Below, piece by piece: positions 41,001 to 51,481 of a DNA stretch of 64,000 nt (the stretch's first letter is position 1; each line of letters starts with the position of its first letter). The notes beneath the pieces are model-generated. The model was not told where the DNA came from. It saw only the letters and a program-made list of their open reading frames with translations, and ran no database searches. Origin of the DNA: Azolla caroliniana (lineage: Eukaryota > Plantae > Polypodiophyta); contig JBHGNT010000003.1 in assembly GCA_043228905.1 (NCBI GenBank), forward strand, positions 20,150,001 through 20,214,000, in the 5' to 3' direction. Both the position numbers and the translations under genes were made by a program.

Positions 41001-42866
41001 ATGCCATTACCTTTTGTAGTGGGTCAGAACCTTGTTTGAAGAGACAGAAGAACCTCCCTCTTATTTAATAGAAAACAGCAGACGTGGAGATGTCGTGTTC
41101 TTCCAATTTCACCCCTTAATTGCACAATTGGGAGATCTATTCTTCTATAGTTCTGCATGCATATCTGGTTATCTCATTTTCTTACCGATGTGAATAGGTT
41201 CTGAGCTACCAATGTAGTGCATGTGATGGATATGTATCCACATAAGAAGTCTTGATGATGAATCTGTCCTGTGATGTGTAGAAAGGGTGCCTTATGATGG
41301 GCCAGCTTCATACCAAGAGGTGTTGGTGCAGCTGATCCATGTGCTTTCATTATCCAATTCTTTTCCAATTTAGTCATGTTTAGTGTTGATAATCCAATCT
41401 ATATTGGAATGAGATTAGCACATTCATAGCTATGCCATACGATTCAAGTCATTCTTATACATTTCAGCATACAAACAATGATTACCTCCATGTTAAGCAA
41501 ACTGTTTTGATGAATTAAATCCCAGTTTGAGTACCTAGGGAGCTCTCAAAGCCATTGGATGATTGGAACAAATGCCTCTGTCAATATACCATGGGGTATG
41601 CTCCTTATCATGCAGGCAATAATCAAGATGAAAAGTCGTTCTGAATCTGTCCAGTTGATAGCCCTATGAAGGCTGGGTCCCAAAATTTCTACTCAGAGAG
41701 GAGTCGTATGCATACACATGTTTCAAGGGCACCAAGGGCTTCATATCCATGAGAAAGTCCAGCACAAGTATTCTCCTTCAGGGAGAATTGAGGTTTTCTG
41801 AATGCTACTCCTAGATGCTGGTAGGATTATGTGTATGCCACCTTCCCAAGAAGAATTCCAGTTTTGATCTCATCAACCACTCTTTAGTCGCTTTGAAGAC
41901 CAGTATTTAAGTTTTCTCAAGGTTGATTGACAAATCTATAACATCAAAGAATTTAGATGTCTCTGGGAGAGTCTGTGGCTACCCTTATTAAGCATGCTCC
42001 TGAGATCAGTTGTATGCTAAGTTCTCTCATATTTTTCAAGCTCTTTTACGGTCTTGTCCTAGCTAAACATTTTCCTCACAAGGTCTTGGAAGACTTTTCT
42101 TGCTTGTTTTTGTGTACAAATCTCCCAGGGCACTTTTTGTTGAAAGTGTCTCCTTTGTCATGAAATTACCATTGAATTCTTCATCATACAAACCCTTTTG
42201 TGTGTTTCTACAACGTATAAGTGCATTGCAACAATGGTGTGGGAAAGGCTTTATTGGCTGCATAATGGAATGACTTTGACAACTCGTGTGATTACATCAT
42301 GCGATACCAATTGTATACTCCACGGAGCACAACTATGCTCATTGCGTCTGATTCAATTGGTTTTAGCACATACATATATATGATCTACTCCCCAGCCAAT
42401 AGTGCTACGAGAGACCAATATGAACTTGGGTAGAAGGGATGGAGAGGGAAGAAAGAAAAAATATTGATATCTTTTAATAGACCAATAGCCTGCAAGACGG
42501 AATGAGAGCTTACATCACCTACTCATTTTCTGAAGGACTTAATTATTTTTATAATTATAATTTGATTCATTTATCATGTATCTTAACAAATGTATGAGGA
42601 GTGAAAGATGTTGGCTTCACTCTTTTGCATATTGTAGTTCGAATATTTTTCTTATTTTGATGCTCTTTCCCTTATGCCAGAGCTGTCAAAAATTTCTTCA
42701 ATTGATGGTGTTAGATGGTCATTTGTTCATCCGAACAAGAATGGAATATGATTCTCCAGAAATTCCTTTTTCTATTCAAATGGTTTCTCCAGAAAGGTCA
42801 AGACAGCGTAACCTTCTGCAAAGACGTCACTATTTTGGTAATCCAAAATGTAGCTTCTTATTGTAG
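17086..42866 (+). CDS. GTF3C1: RNA polymerase III transcription factor TFIIIC largest (B-block-binding) subunit, 17 exons
   Basis: Exons: 17086-17140, 24882-25203, 28091-28529, 28608-28670, 28792-29004, 29095-29622, 30154-30882, 30987-31277, 31378-31530, 32273-32655, 32738-33623, 33757-34531, 38599-38666, 38969-39044, 39115-39254, 39408-39446, 42681-42866. All GT-AG and phase-compatible. Motifs MDALVSVAFQEVAAEG, LERLGQARANGVTQ...GNKLFYIIKSLESRGL (B-block domain), DRKTVSRNLQKL, WTDEADR, RRERGFPGI and ILPWLEADG..NPGILE match plant TFIIIC B-block-binding subunits. Confidence 0.92.
17170..17775. repeat. Degenerate TA/CA-rich microsatellite field in TFIIIC intron 1
   Basis: Low-complexity tract with three copies of atactataga(c/g)ttaca. 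Confidence 0.7.
17774..19230 (-). mobile_element. 5'-truncated RTE-like LINE (RT C-terminus, C-terminal region, 3' UTR, CTTT-like tail)
   Basis: NKTKVMLFNT-like RT end near 19200-19230, LGLFLLELERNREKLLKD C-terminus at 18260-18320, and the family 3' UTR motif (minus) at 17795-17900. Confidence 0.75.
19275..22678 (-). mobile_element. Ty1/copia element (Ale/Retrofit-like) inserted in TFIIIC intron 1; RT-RNaseH and most of the 3' LTR deleted
   Basis: 5' LTR 22486-22678 (TGTTA...TAACA) and a perfect PBS TGGTATCAGAGC at 22474-22485. Gag with CSYCKKPRHTREKC knuckle, protease WIIDSG, pre-integrase WLHHHRLGH..CDIC, integrase TPQQNSLAERKNRH, RT start WKQAMNVEMKALEQNKTW. Several stops consistent with C-to-T changes. 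Confidence 0.93.
22679..23215 (-). mobile_element. RTE-like LINE RT fragment, host of the copia insertion
   Basis: LLYADDIV near 22820-22840, FVDF.KAF near 23085-23110, INLDKTKVM near 22710-22740. Confidence 0.75.
23363..24830 (-). mobile_element. 5'-truncated RTE-like LINE 3' end with an internal 7x129-bp amplification
   Basis: CCHC knuckle RICQLCHQGVESEEHYVCH at 24745-24810, C-terminal LELKRHKEKLLK, family 3' UTR 23375-23690, CTTT tail at 23363-23372. Confidence 0.85.
23728..24630. repeat. Tandem repeat, 7 x 129 bp (43 codons per unit)
   Basis: Unit ccatttgtgtacatg...gagttctag; 903 bp = 7 x 129; the ORF track shows 7 identical 43-aa units. Confidence 0.97.
25945..27005 (-). mobile_element. 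Old tandem pair of PBS+LTR-like units (TRIM/LTR relic); the first unit is interrupted by a LINE tail
   Basis: ctctaatacca|tgtta at 26033-26048 and 26673-26688 reads CA + TGGTATTAGAG on the minus strand (tRNA-Met-like PBS). The following ~150 bp and the 26519-26580 / 26948-27005 segments are diverged duplicates. Confidence 0.5.
26330..26490 (+). mobile_element. Short RTE-like LINE 3' end
   Basis: Family motif ttgttctcaaagatgagacaacacttaagatgtaat...ggccattttgg...tctttc tail. Confidence 0.75.
29750..29902 (+). mobile_element. Short RTE-like LINE 3' end
   Basis: Same family motif with a tctttctttc tail. Confidence 0.75.
31957..32063 (+). mobile_element. Short RTE-like LINE 3' end
   Basis: Same family motif with a (CTTT)5-like tail. 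Confidence 0.75.
34581..35922 (+). mobile_element. Miniature non-autonomous LTR element (TRIM-like, Ty3/gypsy-derived) in TFIIIC intron 12
   Basis: Highly similar direct repeats 34581-34775 and 35727-35922 (TG...CA / TG...CG). TSD (g)atat on both sides. PBS TGGTGGAGATG from 34779. Purine tract agcggggaaa before the 3' LTR. Integrase remnant SPYPPETNDLTERLNKSLKQ...SPFRALYGRDPRLP. Confidence 0.88.
34894..35120. repeat. Tandem repeat, 3 x 76 bp, inside the miniature LTR element
   Basis: Units start at 34894, 34970 and 35046 (atagccctcctgtcccccacc...ctatccgcc) with few substitutions. Confidence 0.92.
36270..38330 (-). mobile_element. Degenerate RTE-like LINE (endonuclease end plus RT)
   Basis: VDYIL endonuclease motif near 38200-38220 lies upstream, on the minus strand, of RT CFFMDFQKVFDIVP near 36835-36880. 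Confidence 0.7.
39723..40367 (+). mobile_element. Solo LTR in TFIIIC intron 16
   Basis: Termini TGTTAGGATTC...GAATCCAACA. Flanks atatg / gtatg form a 5-bp TSD with 1 mismatch. CG-rich cgactgg/agtcgg subrepeats and a TATAAAT box near 40015. Confidence 0.85.
40520..40945 (+). mobile_element. Degenerate LINE RT fragment
   Basis: Y(P)D.IVLI and YVYLGVTFTG-like traces on the plus strand. Confidence 0.5.
40950..42260 (-). mobile_element. Degenerate RTE-like LINE with internal deletions
   Basis: Homologous to 18280-19200 (e.g. ctccttatcatgcaggcaataatcaagatgaaaag) and to 37460-37630. Confidence 0.72.
42445..42520 (-). mobile_element. Eroded LINE 3' tail fragment
   Basis: gaagaaagaaaaaatattgatatcttttaa...gagagcttacatc matches the family 3' end. 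Confidence 0.5.
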
Positions 42867-44898
42867 GGATTTTTGTTTGTTAGATTCTACAGCCCCGCAA
42901 ATGGGCTTATTCTTTCACTAGAGTCAACCAGTTTTTTGCATACTAGAGAAATATATTGTGCATATTAGTGAATGATATCAATCTGAAAATGCTATGATTC
43001 AACCAAAGCTCACTATATTACCTTGATCAAGTATGAATAATTTTTTCTGCCGTTTCTGGATTACATTTGAAATACTGTGTGGATCTGCGGGAGGTGCAGG
43101 GGAATATTTCTATTTGTGAGGGTGTTAAAGTGCCAGGGAGAATACCCACGGTTGGTATGATTCACAAATCTGTCTTCGAGGATTTGACGAAAGCATTCTT
43201 TGTTAAATAGAAGAGTTTGTGGTGATTAATGTTAAAACATTGTGTTTCATAAAAGTAACACAGCATATATTAATATGTTTTATTCTAGGCCTTTGTACAT
43301 GTAGTTTAATATAATGATTGCAAAATCTGATTAGAAGTTCACTATATCAATTGTGAATGTAAATTGTGGTAGTAGTTATTCAAAGTTCAAACAATGGTTG
43401 TAGTGGTTGCCTCTCCCATGCATCCACTTCCAAATGTTTTACATATTCTTTAAAGTTTAGACATGTTAAATACTCTAAATAAATCCTAGCATTATTTTTT
43501 AGCATTTAAATGGTAAAGATGATGAAGAATGCTTGTCACGAGTCTTTTGTTGAAAAGCACAATTGCATCTACATGATTTTGACATCACCTAACCATTCAT
43601 TTTGGACGCACAAAGAACTATGCAAGTAATTGATTCAATCATTCCCTATTTTATTGTCATGTAATGTTTGTGTTGAGCAAACAACAAACACGAATAATTG
43701 AAAGGATTGTTTTCAAACTTCACATTTTAACAATTATGGCCACACAATCATATTGCAAGTAAACAAAGAAATGAGGGGAGGGAACTTGTTTGTCAATATT
43801 AGTGGCCATGTTCTCAAATGTTTTTATTGGCAGTCAAATTTCGTTGGTTGTCTCCACTTTATGAGTAATATAGATCAATGGGTACTTAAAAAAGTGGGAG
43901 TGACAACAGTGATGTTTTCAGTTATGGTTACAAGTTTCAACAATAAATCATGAGTGACATGCAACAATTAGAATTTCTCACAATAAATAATCAGCATGTC
44001 CATCCCTATGAGTTTATAAGTTATGACACCAAGTTGTAACTTTTCCTTCCTAGTTTGTATAGTTGTGAACATCACCTTCCCAATAAGAGAATTTGGTCAA
44101 AATTCTAGACCCACAATGGAATTCTATGGGCATATTTTTTCAATTAATTTGCATTGAAAACTGGATAAACTGAAGCTAGAAGAGCTTCTTGTTTTGGATC
44201 TGAAAATGGTTCCAAGAGAGTAACTATAAGCGACATATTGCTAACACTAGTGACCGTCCATCAACATTAGTAACATCAGATCGAGAAAGATTGTGGATAT
44301 CACATGGACTATTAAAAAAGTAAATCATGGTGTGAATCCATTTCAAATCTATGGGGAAATGTGATACATTTCATTCATAGAAATATAGATAGCTATAACT
44401 TTAGTGTGAAGTTCAATGTAGATCATATAACTTAAGTGGAGATAATTATGCCACTTTGATTCAATAATTTACTGTTAAAACATTCAAAATCTTACCTTGC
44501 GCAATGTCAAAAATTCAAACATGCACACATGATTGTAGTAGTGAATCTAGTGCGTTGCAACCTTAAGATGGCCGGTTTACAGGCAATGTATGTGAGATCA
44601 TTTTTTAAAAAGAATGAAGACAACTCAATTTGAATCCTATTGATAGTGCAATACCATTATCTTACAACATGCTAAAAAAGATTGAAGATACATCTTTTTC
44701 CGTTTGAGGTAAGCCATGCTTTGATAAACTCATGTGAGCTAGGTTACTAAATACAGGTGAAAATTTGTGTGGAGTGGAAGCATAACCTTGTGGTCTTTGG
44801 TCTACAACTTTCCAGCAATTGAGGCTGGGAAAATTTTGACCTTCAATGCTTCGACCCGCCTCGCATTACCAAATCAAGGTGCATCTAGTTTGAATTCC

Positions 44899-45432
44899 TT
44901 ACATTTCCTTTTCACACCTAGAGTAGAACCTTTTGATGTATTCTGTAAACTTTGTATTGTCATCGTCATAACACTCATTCCCAAATTTTTCATACGGTGC
45001 TGCATCAATTGTAGTAGACAATGATAATGGAGTAGTAATTAGAGATGGTGCTCTAAGGGAGGTAGATTGAACTAAATGATGATGATGATGATGATGGTCA
45101 TCATGGTCACCATTAGTAGAGACATTGGTGAGGGTAACATTATTGGGTGATTTCTTAAAATAAGATCCTTCCTTTGCATCTTCTTGAATTTGGATTGCAG
45201 GCAAACTTGGTGGTGGTTGTGGAGCCTGCAGCCTAGGTGTACCATGTCCTCTTCTCCGACCGACTCGCCGATTCCGATTGATCCGGCGCCCATGAATTGT
45301 TGAGTCGGTGGTGTTGTCGGTGGTGAGTTGGATGGAAATGATGTTTCTAAGGTTTGGGGAAACGAGGAGAAGAGCTGCAATGGTGGCATTGAGAAGGAGG
45401 AATGCAAGAACAGGGGGACTGATGAAAGTCAT
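44899..45432 (-). CDS. Intronless DUF4408/DUF761 (cotton-fibre-expressed/pathogen-induced)-like protein, main ORF
   Basis: N-terminal SPPVLAFLLLNATIAALL resembles DUF4408, the middle is low-complexity with poly-His, and C-terminal DDNTKFTEYIKRF resembles the DUF761 D.N.K...FI.RF motif. Family call is from recalled motifs, not a search. Confidence 0.6.
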   Translation of the reverse strand: MTFISPPVLAFLLLNATIAALLLVSPNLRNIISIQLTTDNTTDSTIHGRRINRNRRVGRRRGHGTPRLQAPQPPPSLPAIQIQEDAKEGSYFKKSPNNVTLTNVSTNGDHDDHHHHHHHLVQSTSLRAPSLITTPLSLSTTIDAAPYEKFGNECYDDDNTKFTEYIKRFYSRCEKEM

Positions 45433-45614
45433 GATACAAGACAGAAGTCACAAATCACTCTGAGAGAGAGATAGAGAGAGTCACAAGAAGAGGAGAAGTA
45501 ATTTAGTAGGTAGTTTTCTGAACCAAGTGGGACACAGAAGACAAGAGAAGCCAAAACCCATCTTGGATTGGCTTGACTTGACTTCAACTCCCAACTCCCA
45601 ACTTCTTTTTCCAT
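45429..45614 (-). CDS. Upstream 61-aa ORF overlapping the main ORF by ATGA; probable frameshifted N-terminus or uORF
   Basis: ATG at 45614, hydrophobic WVLASLVFCVPL segment, stop overlapping the downstream ATG. Confidence 0.4.
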   Translation of the reverse strand: MEKEVGSWELKSSQANPRWVLASLVFCVPLGSENYLLNYFSSSCDSLYLSLRVICDFCLVS

Positions 45615-47849
45615 TGACTTTTAGGACACTTCTCCCAACACTTTTCCAAATAAAGTTTCCAAAAACACTTTATTATTGGTTTGGTTTGAACTCTTCTTGA
45701 GATGACATACTCATCCATTAACCTCCAATATATTTTAAGAAAAAAGGGAGAGTGCCTTTGTCAATCCATAACCCGACAAAATTGTGATTGAAAGTTTCAA
45801 ACAACTTGTCCTAAGGGATGAAAACATTTGTAAACTTCTGTTGTAATACATCTTCATTGTGTTATTTCTTCGTAAATACTAATCAAGTTTGTGTTATTTC
45901 TTCATAATTCTCTTATGATTTCATTAGAGACAATGAAGGCATGTAAACTATGTATAGAAAAACTCCGACATTGAATATGCAAAAGAATCATAGTTGATGT
46001 GTTAAAGACATTATAACCCTTTACTTAGAGTCTCTCATCCACCCCCTCATCTTTTGACTTATTTTAATTGCGTGATTAGTCCTTGTTGATTCTTTTGACA
46101 TTTCCCTTGGCTCAACTTGTTTTTCCCATAAATTATGAAAATAGGAAACTACAACGGACTCACATGTAGAAGACAGTGGGGCCCAATAACGATTCTATGG
46201 ACTTAAAAAGTTGAGAGAACTTAATAAAAGGTTGGGAAAGATGTAGACAAATCTATCATTTGAATGAGTCCCCATCTAATATGACAAATGTGAATGCTCA
46301 AATACAACTCTTGTGCCATTTTGGGGGATAATTTCCAAGTTTTTGGATGAAACATTAATAATGAAGGAGAAGGAAAGATCAAAATCCAAAGGAAATAGTA
46401 AGATTTGAAGATAATAACATGGAATGTACAAGGGTTTATTCTTGTTTTAAATTGCATGACTTGTAGGGCACTCTGGTTCACAATAAATCGGATGTTATTT
46501 GTGGTAGAGCACAAGGATCACAAAAGTATTGAGCCAACCTTTTGTATGAACTATGTTATGCAATGATAAATCCTTTGTTCCATTTTGATCACATAGGAGA
46601 GAATGTCACTTGCATTCTGTGAATATAATGGCAACATATGCTCTTAAGGACAACTAATACTCATAAACCACATGGCATGTCATAGGAACAACCACAAGGA
46701 CACATTCTAAAGCTAATTTAAATGGTTTAAGGTTAGGACAAGTTGACTGGTCAAAAACCCTTACATTGTGGGGTTCAACGGGCAAGCTTTGCTTTGAAGG
46801 TGGGGTTATAACATCAAGGAGAGGGGATTCGGCTGGTTGGGGCTCAATGAATCACCTAGTTGTTTTCCTTTTATGATTCTATACGGTGCTTGGACAAATT
46901 CTAAAGCTAATTTAAATGTTTTAAGGCTAGGATATGTTGGAAACCCTTTATCCTAGATTAGAGTCCTATGCCATTGAATATAACCTTATGTTACACCTTG
47001 GAATTTCCAAACATGTAGGAAATTCATGGTATAGAGAATGCTCCAAAGGTTTGCCGTTTTATCAATAAGGATAAATTAGCCAATGTATACCATGTAGACG
47101 TAAGGATAGATCGGAAAACAATGATAATGATAATTATCATCAAAGAATGATGGTGGCGAAAATAAATAAATCATGAAAAGAATATCTTCCATTGGTAGTA
47201 AAATTAAAGTGGCCAAAGGAATATACAAAAATAGTCCAATCTTTCTAGGTAAAGATAATTACATTTCGCACACCCTCAAGTTGCATTCTCTCATAAAGCT
47301 TGAGAGCTACATCACTATTTCCATGCTCAACATATCCTGATATTAATGTATTCCATGTTACTATGTTCTGAGGTGGATGGTGACCAATTATTTGTGTTAT
47401 ATACATTGTAATTTGTATACAATTTCATAAAACATGATTTAATTACAAATGTTTTTAATACCTAACATAATTATGTTTAATTGTCAATGATTAAGAGAGC
47501 AAGTGAAGCGATATCAATAGTCTTAAGACTTAGACCAAGCAATAGAAAAAAATCATTGTGAACCTAGTGGGGGAGAGGGAAATAACAAGAGAGCCGCAGA
47601 CCGAACAGGAGAGTTAAAGAGTTGAAGGGGGAGAGCAAGGGAGCATGAGCATAGGAGAAAAAAAAAAGAGTTTCCAGCCTCCCCCTTTCTTTATATATCT
47701 ATTGGAGAGCGACATTGTGGCCATGTTCTATAGTAGTGTTCCCATGTGTCACATATCCTTATTGGTTTGTCCCAAGTCATAGGATAAATAATTTCCCACT
47801 TATTCTACCCTTAAACAATCAAAATCATAAGATTTAGAATTGTTCCTTA

Positions 47850-48320
47850 AGGTTGTGCCCTATAACATAGAAGAATCCTTTTTATGTCGATGCATGTACA
47901 GTTTTCAGCTATGTGCCTCATCAATGGTAACTTTCATCGAGATGAATTACAATGTACACGAAAGTTTCTTAGGGATATGCAAGAAATATGGCATATCCAT
48001 GAGATAATATTCAAGGAGGTTTGAAATAGGGCACATTTTTATGTTGATCCAAACATTATATGCTCTTAACCCTAGTAAAAAAAAGTATTCTTGCATGTGC
48101 CTTCAAAATCCCAAATTTTATGTATGAGTCAATAGTTATGCTAGTAATGTTGTTGTGTACCTTTCATTGTCCTATAGTGTATGGGTTCACCATTTGCCTA
48201 CCATCATGATCTTTCTAATGGTGTCGATGTACATCCTATTTTTCATGTTAGTCATGTGAATAAAAAACTTATTGTTTTTAACAATGACAAAGTAATTCAT
48301 GAGGGTTTATCATCTAAGTG
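47850..48320 (+). mobile_element. Ty3/gypsy integrase C-terminal (GPY/F module) relic
   Basis: FEIGH.F-like trace and VHPIFHVSH (cf. IHPVFHVS) at about 48228-48260. An LTR-like purine/pyrimidine segment at 47560-47830 lies upstream. Confidence 0.5.
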
Positions 48321-51300
48321 ACATTTGCCAAAAAATCCTCAATGTGTTTGTAGGCATGACTGTAAGGACCAATTCTGAATCTAATCTTATCCTAGAGCTT
48401 CTACAAGCCATTCTTTTCTTAATCTAAATATCATTCCTTACAATTCGTAATTTGATTTGTAATTATGTGGCATCAACATGAGCTCTGTGTTCAACGAAGG
48501 CTCAAGTATTATAAGCATAACCTTAGGGATGAATTATAAATGGTAGTTGAAATGTTTTTAAGTGTCGGAATAAGCTGGGGGATATTGATTATTCTAGGAC
48601 TTGGTTCAAACCTATAGTGATATGTGCCCCATGGCAACATGTAGCAATCTAGGAACCTAAGAGTTGAGCTATATAAACGAAATTAGCTACCCCTTCATTT
48701 CAGCGATCTAAAGCCATTGGTGAAACTCCATTGGTGAGGTATAAAGGTCTCATTCTTATTTATATATGTATTATTGGCTCTAGGGTATAATATAGTGACC
48801 ATACTAAATGGTATGGAAAGTTTTGTAGCAAAAATGCAAATGATACAGGGTAAAGGGTAAAGGGAAGAATGGTTTGAGGGTGTGTAACCACACCAACCAT
48901 CTTGAAAGAAGGGCAAGTTATGGTTTTGAAACCCCATTAGCGTCCCATGCCTTGGCATAATATGGTTATTGTATTATACCTTGGAGTCACATTGAATTTG
49001 AATGTGAAGAACAAGCATTAAAGATGAGAATAGAGACCTAGTTAAGGTCTTGGAATGTAAGGTGAAATTGAGCGTCGTGGATGATATAAAATAAGAGCCC
49101 AATTGTGGGGCCAAAGAATTTTGCGCTAGTTTTAAGTTACCGCTAGATGCTCTTGCTATAGTATCCCCATTGTTACTTCAATTATTCCTTAGTATATTGC
49201 CTTGTTTGAATTGCTCGTGATGTACTTCACCCAAAGTTTAGGTGGGGGCAATAGATATTCTCCACAAGGAGAGGTCACTATGGTAAATCCAGTACAACAT
49301 TGAGAATATTAAAAGTTAACACAATGGTGAGTCATCTCATTATAGCAAGGTGCCCATGAAGCTAAGTTCCCAAGAGAAGTGGCGTGGCTAATTTTCCTTT
49401 CATCCTACATAAGTGTGGTTTTGGTACTCAACATTACCTTCGCCTCTTCTGTCTACCTCACCATCTTTATCAAGGAAAGATTAATGTGGGATTTGTATTC
49501 TTATTAATGTCAATCATACCCCAGTCACAAAGTTTGACACACGTGATGTATAATTAGGAGGATAAGACGTAGCATGTGAGTTATACATCTACATGGTCAA
49601 GGCTGCCACACAGAGTTTGACACACTTGGTGCATACTTAGGATAAGGCATAGAATGTGAGGGTACACCTCGTCATGGGTATGGTATGCTAAGTGTAAAGG
49701 ATCTACAGTTAAACGTTAGGACCAGGACAATGCAATGGTTCCACATTGCCTATGATGACAAAGATGGGTGCTAGATGTGGGCATGGGTGTATCACTAATG
49801 GCATGGATGGTTGGTTCATTCATGTATGGCAATGGTGAGGAAAAAGCAAGCTTTTAAATGCCCACCAATCTGCACCAAAAGCCAGCCATCACAGAAGAAA
49901 GATAGCATTCATAAATTAAGTTCACCTACCACTTGCCTGCCAAAATGAATACATCTCATGGAGACTATCAAACAGAAACCCACATAGTATTGTACACTCC
50001 GATTGTACCATCAACCCTAATACCCATTATGGCCTAACATTACCTTGCACAATCGTACATGACAAAGCCCTAGTTAATTGATTGAAAAGCCTATTGGAAA
50101 GTGGACATTAACATCTTTTGTTAGCAATTCCTAAAGTTGAAGTTAGGATTCTTTATATCCCATCCATGTACAAAAAGAAAAAAGAGTGCCTTTGTCTTAA
50201 TGCAATGTCGCATTAGTGTTGTCCCTGCCATCATTGCCCATTAAACACAGAAAATGGAAGATGATGTTGCCATCCTGCACCCAACACTTAAAAATGCCAT
50301 CATACATACCAAATGATGTATCTCAAATCAAACTAAGTCATTACCCAACCATTGTCCAACTTCTACCATCTTATGTTTGAACCAAAGTAATTACAGATGT
50401 TATCCACGTGCATTACGAATACCGACTTTTTATTATCAGACAGCAGATCTCACGAATAGTTCCTCTACCACCAAATCCAGAATAAGTGTCACAAGAATAT
50501 GGTGAATGATGCTCACCATATCTGACCATAACAAAGATGTACAAAATTTTGTTTCCAAAGTAACAAGCAGGTGTCACAAGAACATGTAAAGTGAATAATG
50601 TTCATTATATGGTGTTATTTTGTTTACATGATTAGGAGGATTTAGGCATAGAATGTTAGGTGTCAACAAGAAAATCTCTCTGAGGGTTCCTCCCCACCAA
50701 ATCTAGGATAAACATCTCAAGTATATATTATACCTAAAGTGAATAATGTTACAAGCGCCATTATCTCCCTAAATGCCAGACAAAAAAATGATCCACAGCT
50801 ACAAAGCTTAACTTAGCCACAGGTTCAATAAATTTAAGACTTTATTTCCATCCAAATGCTATGTTGTATACACTCCTGCAACTACCGATTGGCCAAAGAG
50901 AGCACAAATTGCACTTGAACGACAACAGATTTTCAACAAATTTGGAGTATGCATCATCAGGTTTCAACTCTTTTTTACCTAGGTAGATATTAACCTTTCC
51001 TCCAAATTAACACCTTTTATCCATCCCTTTCTCCCCATTACACAATAAGTGATAGAAATCTTTCAATGTTGGCAAATTAGAACTGAATTTCCTTCGTGTT
51101 TTCTCTACATTGTTCAACAGATTTTTTTTTTTAAAAACTCTAAGGTTATTACTTTCTTAATTGGCTCTCTAATTGTTGAGGGAGAAATCAACACCCTGCT
51201 CAATGTGAGCCTTATTTCAGATGTTGATTTCCCCTCACCACAACAAGAGGCCCGCATGCTGAGCTCGTCTAAAATGTATACATATTGTTATAATCATCCG

Positions 51301-51481
51301 CGAAAGAATTCTTGTCACCTATAAATAACCTAAGGCTTGGGCCATCATGTAGATGGACCAAACATTAGGCCATTCACGCTATCTGTAGTCGATCGATTAC
51401 GCCACACCTTCTCTAAAGAACTGAAGGCTTAGGCCACATGCCGATATGCCAACCATTAGGCTACTAATCGTAGTCGACCGA

